DNA of 32,735 nt from Peptococcaceae bacterium. Lineage in GTDB: Bacteria; Bacillota; Peptococcia; Peptococcales; Peptococcaceae. The notes beneath the pieces were generated by a model. It had not been told where the DNA came from and made no database searches. It saw nothing but the letters and a program-made list of their open reading frames with translations. Of the stretch, positions 25,194-32,735 are shown one piece after another. Every line of letters starts with the position of its first letter. The first letter of the stretch is position 1. The stretch is from NCBI GenBank assembly GCA_017399005.1, contig JAFQEO010000028.1, positions 1 through 32,735 of the forward strand, in the 5' to 3' direction. A program made the translations under genes and the position numbers.

Positions 25194-25663
25194 TTTTATA
25201 TCATGGTTCTTATATGGAAATTGATAAGCCGGATTTACTGCATTCCCGTCCAAGGGTGGATTTTGGGGCTGGTTTTTATACAACACCTCTTCAGGAACAG
25301 GCAGAGAAATGGTGTGGAAAATTTAAACGCCAGGGGAAATCCGGGATTGTTTCCCGTTATTCGTTGGATGAAACTGTTTTTTCTGCATGTAAAGTACTGA
25401 AATTTGACTACTATTCCGAGGAATGGCTTGATTTTGTATTAGATTGTCGAACCGGCAAAGATGCAAGTGATTATGATATTGTTATTGGCGGTGTTGCGAA
25501 TGACAAGGTGTTTAATACGATTGAACTGTATTTTGAAAATCTGATTAATAAGTCAGAGGCAATTCGGCGGTTGCGTTATGAAGCTCCGAATCTGCAGATA
25601 TGTTTTCGAAAGCAGTCTGTGATAGACCGGTATTTAAAATTTGAGGGGAGCGTTGAAGTATGA
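25190..25663 (+). CDS. DUF3990-like protein, middle of the triad.
   Basis: MILYHGS...DFGAGFYTT..QEQAEKW resembles the DUF3990 N-terminal signature. Overlap-coupled on both sides. Confidence 0.5.
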   Translation: MILYHGSYMEIDKPDLLHSRPRVDFGAGFYTTPLQEQAEKWCGKFKRQGKSGIVSRYSLDETVFSACKVLKFDYYSEEWLDFVLDCRTGKDASDYDIVIGGVANDKVFNTIELYFENLINKSEAIRRLRYEAPNLQICFRKQSVIDRYLKFEGSVEV

Positions 25664-25923
25664 ATGCCAGCCCGATTTTGTTACAGAAAAAATACAGTCG
25701 TATAATCGTATTGTTTGCGGAACAGGCTAATATTTCACTACGTGAGGCTCTGGATTTCTTTTATCGTTCGCTTGTGTACGACATGATGAAAAACGGGATA
25801 GCGGATTATCACTGCATGAGTGACAGCTATCTGTCAGAGGATTTAGCTGAGGAGTATAAGGCGAAACACATACAAGACGGAGCTATTATACATAAAAGGG
25901 GAACTTTTTATGATTTATCGTGA
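25660..25923 (+). CDS. DUF3791-like small protein, third of the triad.
   Basis: About 87 aa (FAEQANISLREALDFFYRSLVYDMM), alpha-helical, overlap-coupled. Confidence 0.45.
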   Translation: MNASPILLQKKYSRIIVLFAEQANISLREALDFFYRSLVYDMMKNGIADYHCMSDSYLSEDLAEEYKAKHIQDGAIIHKRGTFYDLS

Positions 25924-27043
25924 GTTTCAGGATTTAAAGCTGTCGGCACTGGGGCTTGGTGCTATGCGTCTGCCGCTGATTGACGGCAAGGATAATCAGA
26001 TTGATGAAGCGGCTGCGGCAGAAATGTTTGACTATGCCATGGAGCAGGGTATCAACTATTACGATACAGCGTTTGGCTATCATGAAGGTCAGTCGGAAAT
26101 TGTAACAGGCAAACTGCTGCGCCAGTATCCGAGAGAAAATTATTATATTGCTACTAAATTCCCGGGTTACGATTTGGGCAATATGACAAAAGTGGCTGAA
26201 ATTTTTGAAAAACAGCTGGAAAAGACCGGCATGGAATATTTTGATTTTTATCTGTTCCATAATGTGAATGAAACCAATATTGATGCCTACTTAGACCCGA
26301 AGTACGGTATTTATGAATATCTGCTGGAACAGAAAAAACAGGGACGCATTCGCCATCTGGGATTTTCTACCCATGGTGATTTAGATGTGATGAAACGGTT
26401 TCTGGATGCCTACGGCAAGGATATGGAATTCTGCCAGATTCAGCTGAACTACATTGACTGGTCGCTGCAGAAAGCAAAAGAAAAAGTAGAACTGATTGCC
26501 TCCTACGGGATTCCGGTATGGGTAATGGAACCGCTCAGAGGCGGCAAACTGGCTAATATTGCCGATGAATATAAAGCAGAACTGGCGGCACTGCGTCCGG
26601 ATGAAACGGTACCAGCCTGGGGATTCCGGTTCCTGCAGAGTATTCCGCAGGTAACTATGGTGTTATCCGGTATGTCGAATTTTACGCAACTGAAAGAAAA
26701 CATCGAAACATTTGCTGCTGATGTACCGTTAAACGAAACCGAAATGAATGGATTACTTAGTGTGGCAGAGAAGATGATCAGCCGTATTGTACTGCCTTGC
26801 ACCGCTTGCCGCTATTGTACGGTAAAATGTCCGCAGGGGCTTAATATTCCAAATCTGCTGGAAATTTATAACGAATACTGCTTTACAGGTGGTGGATTTC
26901 TGCCGATGATGCAGCTGAGTGTAATTCCGGAAGATAAACGGCCGCAGGCATGTATTGGATGCCGCAGCTGTGAGGCGGTATGTCCGCAGCAGATTAAAAT
27001 TTCGGAAGCGATGAAAGATTTTACCGAAAAGCTGAATGCATAA
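25910..27043 (+). CDS. Aldo/keto reductase fused to a C-terminal 2x[4Fe-4S] ferredoxin domain.
   Basis: AKR core (LGLGAMRL ... YYDTAFGY) plus two CxxCxxCxxxCP clusters (CTACRYCTVKCP; CIGCRSCEAVCP). Confidence 0.75.
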   Translation: MIYREFQDLKLSALGLGAMRLPLIDGKDNQIDEAAAAEMFDYAMEQGINYYDTAFGYHEGQSEIVTGKLLRQYPRENYYIATKFPGYDLGNMTKVAEIFEKQLEKTGMEYFDFYLFHNVNETNIDAYLDPKYGIYEYLLEQKKQGRIRHLGFSTHGDLDVMKRFLDAYGKDMEFCQIQLNYIDWSLQKAKEKVELIASYGIPVWVMEPLRGGKLANIADEYKAELAALRPDETVPAWGFRFLQSIPQVTMVLSGMSNFTQLKENIETFAADVPLNETEMNGLLSVAEKMISRIVLPCTACRYCTVKCPQGLNIPNLLEIYNEYCFTGGGFLPMMQLSVIPEDKRPQACIGCRSCEAVCPQQIKISEAMKDFTEKLNA

Positions 27044-27059
27044 GCAGGAGCGATTGTGT

Positions 27060-27509
27060 ATGAGAGAAGAGTTAGAACAGGCAAAACAGCTGCTGGAACA
27101 GGAAGGCTACACCTGTGTGCTGCGCAGAGCCAACTGCAGTTATGCAAGCAAAGAACGTGGTATTACCCCACTGCTGCAGTGGCTGGATACCGGCATGGAT
27201 TTTAAAAATGCCGCTGCTGCCGATAAAGTCGTGGGCAAAGCGGCAGCGTATCTGTATGTGTTGCTTCAGGTATCGGATATATATGCCTGGGTAATCAGCA
27301 AACCGGCGCTTGAAGTACTGCAGCGATACGGCATACAGATTCAGTATGAAACACTGGTGCCGGCAATCCGCAACCGTGCCGGAGATGGATTCTGCCCGAT
27401 GGAAACTGCGGTACTTGCTGTTGATAATCCGCAGGAGGCATTGCAGATTCTGCGTACAAAGCGGGCGGAACTGCTGAAGGCAATGACAGAAAAGAAGGAG
27501 GAACCGTAA
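27060..27509 (+). CDS. DUF1893-like protein.
   Basis: LLEQEGYTCVL...RGITPLLQWL...AADKVVGKAAAYLYVLL...CPMETAVLAVDNPQEA matches my memory of DUF1893. aggag lies 10 nt before ATG 27060. Confidence 0.5.
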   Translation: MREELEQAKQLLEQEGYTCVLRRANCSYASKERGITPLLQWLDTGMDFKNAAAADKVVGKAAAYLYVLLQVSDIYAWVISKPALEVLQRYGIQIQYETLVPAIRNRAGDGFCPMETAVLAVDNPQEALQILRTKRAELLKAMTEKKEEP

Positions 27510-27510
27510 T

Positions 27511-27705
27511 ATGGCAGTTCAGTTTTCAAAATGCTATGTGTGTAAACATTTTATTTCCGGCGGAGAACTGGAAAACTTTAAATGCAAAGCATATCCCGAT
27601 GGAATTTCGGCAGATATCGTAAACGGCAAAACCAACCACGACCGTCCGCTGGAAGGGGACCACGGCTATCAGTATCAGAATATTTTTGATGAAGAGAATA
27701 AATAG
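27511..27705 (+). CDS. Small (64 aa) Cys-containing protein of unknown function (CYVC ... FKCKAYPDG).
   Basis: Strong RBS aaggaggaac, tight spacing with the upstream gene, and a canonical terminator downstream. Confidence 0.45.
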   Translation: MAVQFSKCYVCKHFISGGELENFKCKAYPDGISADIVNGKTNHDRPLEGDHGYQYQNIFDEENK

Positions 27706-27725
27706 TAAGCAAAACAGTAAGCATA

Positions 27726-27755
27726 AAAACCGGAGCATTCTGACTCCGGTTTTTT
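27726..27755 (+). terminator. Intrinsic terminator.
   Basis: aaaaccggag-cattctga-ctccggtttttt: perfect 7-bp GC-rich stem plus a T-run. Confidence 0.8.
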
Positions 27756-27777
27756 AAGCAGAAGTGAGGTGTAACGC

Positions 27778-28308
27778 ATGAATCAGAAAAAAGGACTGCT
27801 GCCCATTATATGTTTGTTGATATTCAGCCTGGTGCTGTCTGTGTGGGTAATCAAAAATGTACCGATAGAATCGTCTTTTGCAGAGCGAGAAAAGCAGGCG
27901 GCTATCGATGCGCTGAAGCTGGATACCTTTGACATGGAAGCCATTCTGGCAGAAGGGAAACCGGTGCTTTTAAATGTGAGCTCCAATACCTGCCCGTATT
28001 GTGAGATGATGGAGGAAGAACTGGAGGAAATCTATAACGAGTTTGGTGATGCGGCGCTTATCTGTGATGTTAACATGGATGAGCAGCCGGGAGTTACCAT
28101 GCAGATACCGGTGCGCGGAGTGCCAATGCAGGTATTCTATTATGCGGATGGTACCCCGTATGAACCGTCTGAGGCAGTTGCAAAACAGATAAACCTTATG
28201 CGCTATGTGCTGAAAGATACCGATACTCATGTGATGACAGTTCATGAAGGCATGATGAGTGTTGCTCAGATGCGGCTGGTGCTGGAAGAACTGGGGGCTA
28301 AGAAATGA
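27778..28308 (+). CDS. Membrane-anchored thioredoxin-fold thiol-disulfide oxidoreductase (TlpA/ResA-like, CPYC active site).
   Basis: N-terminal TM anchor. CPYCEMM active-site motif within a thioredoxin-like fold. Start overlaps the ccdA start (ATGA). Confidence 0.7.
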   Translation: MNQKKGLLPIICLLIFSLVLSVWVIKNVPIESSFAEREKQAAIDALKLDTFDMEAILAEGKPVLLNVSSNTCPYCEMMEEELEEIYNEFGDAALICDVNMDEQPGVTMQIPVRGVPMQVFYYADGTPYEPSEAVAKQINLMRYVLKDTDTHVMTVHEGMMSVAQMRLVLEELGAKK

Positions 28309-28994
28309 TAAACCTGTGGCTGGAACAGATTTCAATGACAATTGGCCAGAATGGCGGTATGGCACCGGTACTGGCCTTTGCAGCCGGGGTTTTAACTTCC
28401 ATTAGCCCGTGCTCATTATCCATGCTGCCGCTGATTATCGGGTATGTGGGCGGCAGTGATGTGCGAGGCCTGCGAGCATTTGGCATATCGGCCACCTTTG
28501 CAGCCGGTACGGCTGTTACGCTAACCATTTTAGGAGCGGCAGCGGCTATGGCGGGGAATATGCTTTCCGGCATCGGAAACTGGTGGTATCTGGCTGCCGG
28601 TGTACTGATGATTCTGATGGCACTGCAGATATGGGAAGTGTATATTTTTATTCAGCCATCAGCTATACTGGCCAGAAGCCGCGCAAGAGGCTACGGCGGA
28701 GCTTTTCTGGCAGGGCTCCTGGGCGGATTATTTGCCTCATCCTGCGCCACACCGGTGCTGATGGCGCTGCTGACGGTGGTAGTCAGTCAGGATAGTATTT
28801 TATGGGGCATTTTTCTGCTGTTCTGCTATGCTATGGGCAATGGATTGCTCATTATTATCATGGGCACCTCGCTGGGAGCCGTGCAGCAGCTGAAACACAG
28901 TGCAAAATATGCCGCATTCAGCCGAATCAGTCGCATTATTATGGGGACACTGGTACTGCTGTTAGGCTTATGGTTTTTCTATATGGGATTTTAA
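28305..28994 (+). CDS. ccdA: Cytochrome c-type biogenesis protein CcdA (DsbD-family transmembrane electron transporter).
   Basis: Six TM helices with conserved cysteines in LTSISPCSLSMLPL and ASSCATPVL. Paired with the thioredoxin-like protein. The start could be an internal ATG at 28341 or 28362. Confidence 0.7.
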   Translation: MINLWLEQISMTIGQNGGMAPVLAFAAGVLTSISPCSLSMLPLIIGYVGGSDVRGLRAFGISATFAAGTAVTLTILGAAAAMAGNMLSGIGNWWYLAAGVLMILMALQIWEVYIFIQPSAILARSRARGYGGAFLAGLLGGLFASSCATPVLMALLTVVVSQDSILWGIFLLFCYAMGNGLLIIIMGTSLGAVQQLKHSAKYAAFSRISRIIMGTLVLLLGLWFFYMGF

Positions 28995-28995
28995 A

Positions 28996-29036
28996 ACGAA
29001 ACGCTGCCATGCAGAACTATGCAGGCAGCGTTTTTG
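28996..29036. terminator. Bidirectional terminator between ccdA (+) and the lipoprotein gene (-).
   Basis: Hairpin aaacgctgcc...ggcagcgttttt flanked by an A-run and a T-run. Confidence 0.6.
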
Positions 29037-29063
29037 TGTATAGATGGGTAAGGTTGCTATGGC

Positions 29064-30182
29064 TTAAACGGTAATATCTCCAATTGTTTCCCGGTGGCTG
29101 AAATATAGTTTTTCTGCCTGTTTATTGTGATGTACAACAGCCGCAACATTATCATATGCAGTAAACAGATTGTGCAGATGTGTGCGATATTCAGAACCAG
29201 CCAGTGCAGAAACGACTTCATTAGGATATCCTGTAAGCATCTGATGCGAGTGTTTTAATAGTTTGTCAGCAGTAATGTCCAGTGTGTAATAGCAATCTTC
29301 ATAGAGGTTATAGAAAACAGGTGCATCATTTGCGTATAACGAGTGAGATTTTAAAAGCTGTGTCTGTGCAATTTCTGTAATCTGTTCCCCCTCAATATGT
29401 CCCAGAAAGTCTTCAACAAGGGCACCGGTTATATAAATGTAATCGTTCCATATATACAGTGACCATACCCCGCCTTCTTTCACAAAGTTTAGAATGTCTC
29501 CGGAAAGAAGAATTCGGTTCAGCAAGTTGCCATCTGCATCATACTGAATAAAATAATAGGTTTCAGCCTCCGGTTTAGCCGCTTCTTTCTGAATCAGATA
29601 GAGACTGCTTCCGTCAGCGTATATAGCGAGAGGATATATGCCGGTGTTTGTCTGGTTATTATATACTCCCAAAGGTTTATACGACCATGTTTCGGTATCA
29701 GGATGATAACATACCAGTGAAGAACTACAATATTGGGAATCGGATTCGTATCCAATGGTTACAATGGTATCATTGAAAGGCCAGGAGTTACTCGTAGATA
29801 CTGTTTTATTATCCGGTTTCATTTCAAATACTGCAACTTCAGAGACGGTACTGTTTTTCAGGTCAATATCATAAAATGCATTTTTGGCATGAGGGCCTTC
29901 TTCAGAAATAACATCATAAAAATACAGGTGATGATTTAAAAGCGATGCTGTGTCACAGTTGAGATGGAATCCTTCTGTTCTGCCCAGATAAACGGTTTCT
30001 TTTGTATCATAATTGTAAGTGTAATACATAGCAATTTGTTTTGTGAAAATACGATAGACAATCCGGTTATCATCCAGAAGCCCGAGATAATCGGTAGTTT
30101 TTCCGTAAGATATCTGACATCCGCTGAGTGAGATACTGCATATAAAGCAGAACAGGAGAATCGATAAAATTATTCGTTTCAT
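29064..30182 (-). CDS. Putative lipoprotein of unknown function (possibly a beta-propeller-like or DUF5050-type repeat protein).
   Basis: Signal peptide with lipobox LSGC (MKRIILSILLFCFICSISLSGCQ). RBS ggaggctc. Tyr/Trp-rich repeat-like content. Confidence 0.6.
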   Translation of the reverse strand: MKRIILSILLFCFICSISLSGCQISYGKTTDYLGLLDDNRIVYRIFTKQIAMYYTYNYDTKETVYLGRTEGFHLNCDTASLLNHHLYFYDVISEEGPHAKNAFYDIDLKNSTVSEVAVFEMKPDNKTVSTSNSWPFNDTIVTIGYESDSQYCSSSLVCYHPDTETWSYKPLGVYNNQTNTGIYPLAIYADGSSLYLIQKEAAKPEAETYYFIQYDADGNLLNRILLSGDILNFVKEGGVWSLYIWNDYIYITGALVEDFLGHIEGEQITEIAQTQLLKSHSLYANDAPVFYNLYEDCYYTLDITADKLLKHSHQMLTGYPNEVVSALAGSEYRTHLHNLFTAYDNVAAVVHHNKQAEKLYFSHRETIGDITV

Positions 30183-30373
30183 AGGAGCCTCCCGATAAGG
30201 AATAGTAGAATCAGGTCGATGATTATTATAGTAAAAGTATACGATTTCTCAGCATGCAAAACAAGTAGTGAAAAAATTTCAGTATTATGTTTAGAGTTAT
30301 TTCCTTTCGGTGTATAACTACATCATGAAGATAGTATAGAATACAGCCAAAATAGTGAAAGGTGGTAAAGGAT

Positions 30374-31132
30374 ATGACAAATTTAATGGATTTAACAGGA
30401 AAAGTTGCGGTGGTAACCGGTGGCACAAGAGGGATTGGTTTTGAAATCGTTAAAAAATATCTGCAGAACGGGGCAACGGTTGTGCTGTTTGGGTCCCGTC
30501 AGGAAACGGTAGAAAAAGCGCTGGCCAAACTGAAAGAAGAAAATCCGGCATGGGAAGCAGATGGTTTATGGCCGAATCTGGCAAAAGCAGCGGAAGTGGA
30601 ACAGGCTATTTTGCAGGTAAAAGAAAAATACGGACATCTGGATATTCTGGTAAATAACGCGGGGATTTCCCAGAGTACCCCGCTGTATCAGTATACAGCT
30701 GAAGAATTTGACAAAATTATTGATTTAAATGTAAAAGCAGTATTTTACACCATTCTGCCTGCGGCAAAAATTATGAAAGAACAGGGCGGTGGATGTATTA
30801 TCAACACAAGCTCTATGGTAAGTATCACCGGACAGCCGGCGGGGGTAGGGTATCCGGCAAGTAAATATGCGGTGAACGGCATTACCGTATCGCTGGCTCG
30901 TGAACTGGCCAGGGATAATATCCGTGTAAATGCGGTGGCACCAGGTGTAACCCGTACCGATATGGTGGCAGCGCTGCCGGAGGATATGTTGAAACGCGTT
31001 TCGGCAACTATCCCGATTGGCCGTCCGGGGGAACCGGAAGAAGTAGCCAATGCATTTCTGTTCCTGGCAAGTAATCTGGCACAGTATGTAACCGGCGAAA
31101 TCCTGTCGGTAGACGGCGCAGCAAAAGGCTAA
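30374..31132 (+). CDS. Short-chain dehydrogenase/reductase (FabG-like 3-oxoacyl-ACP reductase family).
   Basis: TGKVAVVTGGTRGIG Rossmann motif, NNAG, and the catalytic S...YxxxK (YPASK). ATG 30374 lies 8 nt after aaaggtgg. Confidence 0.8.
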   Translation: MTNLMDLTGKVAVVTGGTRGIGFEIVKKYLQNGATVVLFGSRQETVEKALAKLKEENPAWEADGLWPNLAKAAEVEQAILQVKEKYGHLDILVNNAGISQSTPLYQYTAEEFDKIIDLNVKAVFYTILPAAKIMKEQGGGCIINTSSMVSITGQPAGVGYPASKYAVNGITVSLARELARDNIRVNAVAPGVTRTDMVAALPEDMLKRVSATIPIGRPGEPEEVANAFLFLASNLAQYVTGEILSVDGAAKG

Positions 31133-31163
31133 ATAGAATATAACATTTAACATAGAAGAGTAT

Positions 31164-31196
31164 TCCCTGAATCAGGGGATGCTCTTTTTTTGTCTT
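31164..31196 (+). terminator. Weak candidate terminator after the SDR gene.
   Basis: Short stem ccctg/caggg followed by a T-rich run. Confidence 0.3.
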
Positions 31197-31350
31197 TTTT
31201 GCAGAAGCACATCGAACCATGTCGAATACTGCTCACTAATGACCATTTTATATGGAAGAACAGGAAATATATTGAAATTTATATTGGCAAATGCTACCAT
31301 GAATGGGAACGGTGATGCCGATTAGATTTTACAGGAAAAGAGGATGCACA

Positions 31351-31677
31351 ATGGCGAAGAAGTCGAAGAAAACAGACAAACTGTTAAACGATGCCGAGGA
31401 ACGGGCAAGGCAGCAGAGTTATGTAAATGTTGCTCTGCTGGAAGAAAAAATGCTGCCGTACCGGTTCAAGTATTCCAGAGTGGCAAAAGCCGCTGGAATT
31501 GACCGTACCACTTTCAGGCGCAAGCTGCGTGGGGAGGTGCCGTTTCACGCACAGGAGATTGCAATGCTGCAAATCGTGCTGCGACTGACGGACGAGCAAG
31601 TATATGAGATTTTTATTGCAGGGTATTTAAAAAATTTTACACAATCCAGAGAGGAGATTCCTTATGAGAATGAATAA
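31351..31677 (+). CDS. Phage-type small HTH protein (DUF739-like).
   Basis: RTTFRRKLRGEVPFHAQEIAMLQIVLRLTDEQVYEIF matches the DUF739 pattern found in Firmicute phages. RBS agagga before ATG 31351. Confidence 0.5.
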   Translation: MAKKSKKTDKLLNDAEERARQQSYVNVALLEEKMLPYRFKYSRVAKAAGIDRTTFRRKLRGEVPFHAQEIAMLQIVLRLTDEQVYEIFIAGYLKNFTQSREEIPYENE

Positions 31678-32299
31678 CATGAACCAGAACACAATGAATC
31701 AGAACAATGCAAATGAACCACAAATGATGACAGACACCTTCAGCCCAGAGGCCATGGAGATGGTAAGAAGTCTGCTGGATGCCATTGATGAGCATCGTTA
31801 TTACCGCCGCAAGGCAGAAAAACAGCTGGAGGCGCAGAAAGGAAAGGTGCAGTTTGCCGATGCCGTTGCCGCCAGCGAAGACAGTATTCTGGTGCGGGAA
31901 ATGGCCGTGCATTTCACACAGGCAGGGTTTTCCCTCAATGAGCGTCAGCTTTACGACTGGCTCAGAGGCAACGGTTATGTGTACCGGCAGCCGGGTGGAC
32001 GTAATATCCCTACAAAGAAAAGCCTCAGTCTGGGTGTGATGGAGCTGCACAAAAACGTTATCACAAACAGATATGGTAAAACCGAGATGAGCAGAACAGC
32101 CAGAATCACAGCCAGAGGCCAGCAGTACTTTTTTGATATGCTGATGCAGGAAAAGCGAAACGCCGAAAAAGCAGCGGCAGAAGCAGCGGAAAAAGCAAGA
32201 AAAGCCGTTATGGATAAAGCGTGGTGGGAACAGCGCCAGTGCGCAAACTGCCCGCAGGTGAAAACCTGCAAAAGCGCACAAGGAGGATACGATGTATAA
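31664..32299 (+). CDS. Phage antirepressor-like protein with a KilA-C (Ant C-terminal) domain.
   Basis: Central ILVREMAVHFTQAGFSLNERQLYDWLRGNGYVYRQPGGRNIPTKKSLSLGVMEL is typical of the KilAC domain. Asn/Gln-rich N-terminus. RBS agaggag. Confidence 0.55.
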   Translation: MRMNNMNQNTMNQNNANEPQMMTDTFSPEAMEMVRSLLDAIDEHRYYRRKAEKQLEAQKGKVQFADAVAASEDSILVREMAVHFTQAGFSLNERQLYDWLRGNGYVYRQPGGRNIPTKKSLSLGVMELHKNVITNRYGKTEMSRTARITARGQQYFFDMLMQEKRNAEKAAAEAAEKARKAVMDKAWWEQRQCANCPQVKTCKSAQGGYDV

Positions 32300-32735
32300 C
32301 GAAGACAAAACACCGGAGGAACTGGCTGAGGAGCGAGACCGCTTTTATATTTACACCAGCTACGAAGAACAGCTGAACATGCTGACTTTTGAACAGATAG
32401 GGCGCGCGATTTGCGCCCTGTATCACTACTTTCATACCGGTGAAAAGCTGGTGCAGGAGAAAGAAGTCAACATGATGCTGTCGTTTATGACATCAAAACT
32501 GGACGATGATACAAAGCGTTATGCCAAAAAAGTGAAAAAACGCAGAGAAGATGCCCGAAAAGCCGGTTTAGCCAGTGCCGAGGCCAGAAGAGAAAAAGCC
32601 AGACTGGCAGAACTGGCGGAATCGGAACACTATTCAACGACCGTTAACGACTGTCAACAATTTCAACCAGATAGAGAAAGAGATAGAGATAGAGATAACG
32701 ATAGAGATAGAGAAAAAGAAGAAGAAAGAGAAGAA
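32292..32735 (+). CDS. Phage-associated hypothetical protein, 3' end truncated by the window edge, with a C-terminal RD/RE/K-E low-complexity repeat.
   Basis: ATG 32292 lies after caaggagga and is open to the window end. Tail ...DREREREITIEIEKKKKEK, encoded by gatagaga-type repeats at about 32660-32735. Confidence 0.5.
   Translation, partial: MYNEDKTPEELAEERDRFYIYTSYEEQLNMLTFEQIGRAICALYHYFHTGEKLVQEKEVNMMLSFMTSKLDDDTKRYAKKVKKRREDARKAGLASAEARREKARLAELAESEHYSTTVNDCQQFQPDRERDRDRDNDRDREKEEEREE

Overview
This looks like a chromosomal segment from a Firmicutes/Clostridia-type spore-forming organism. A 5'-truncated SLH-domain surface protein gene at the left edge is followed by the conserved operon yqfC-yqfD ... 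phoH-pgpH(yqfF)-ybeY-(CNNM/CorC)-cdd-era, then CPBP protease, rlmD and a TIGR04076 gene. That operon is split between yqfD and phoH by about 12 kb of accessory DNA (about 2997-15061). The accessory block carries several modules. (i) An MNT-HEPN toxin-antitoxin pair, with a diverged second copy of the yqfD 3' end on its far side, which reads as the scar of an insertion into the gene end. (ii) A minus-strand agr-like two-component system (LytTR response regulator plus AgrC-type histidine kinase). The regulator is split by a +1 frameshift in a homopolymer. The 335-bp intergenic region between it and the next gene has two sets of 21-bp-phased direct repeats. (iii) A 1091-aa secreted surface protein (Listeria-Bacteroides repeats plus C-terminal copper-amine-oxidase-N-like repeats, with a 257-bp intragenic duplication), followed by two tandemly duplicated CuAO-N-like secreted paralogs. 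(iv) An SPFH/Band-7 protein with three C-terminal zinc ribbons, a double zinc-ribbon protein interrupted by an in-frame TAG, and a TPM-domain membrane protein; I believe this corresponds to the Bacillus subtilis Psp-associated ydjI/ydjG/ydjH module, here without PspA. Downstream of the core genes lie a DUF1295 membrane protein and a tightly overlapping DUF3791-DUF3990-DUF3791 triad. Next comes a redox cluster: aldo-keto reductase/ferredoxin fusion, DUF1893, a small Cys protein, a TlpA-like thioredoxin and CcdA. A minus-strand lipoprotein and an SDR oxidoreductase follow. From about 31.3 kb, phage-like genes (DUF739-like HTH, KilAC antirepressor, a protein with an RD/RE-repeat tail) run to the window end. 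I saw no rRNA, tRNA or CRISPR array. Start codons, the frameshift, the amber stop and the repeats were read directly from the sequence. Domain and family names are from memory of conserved motifs and need HMM confirmation.
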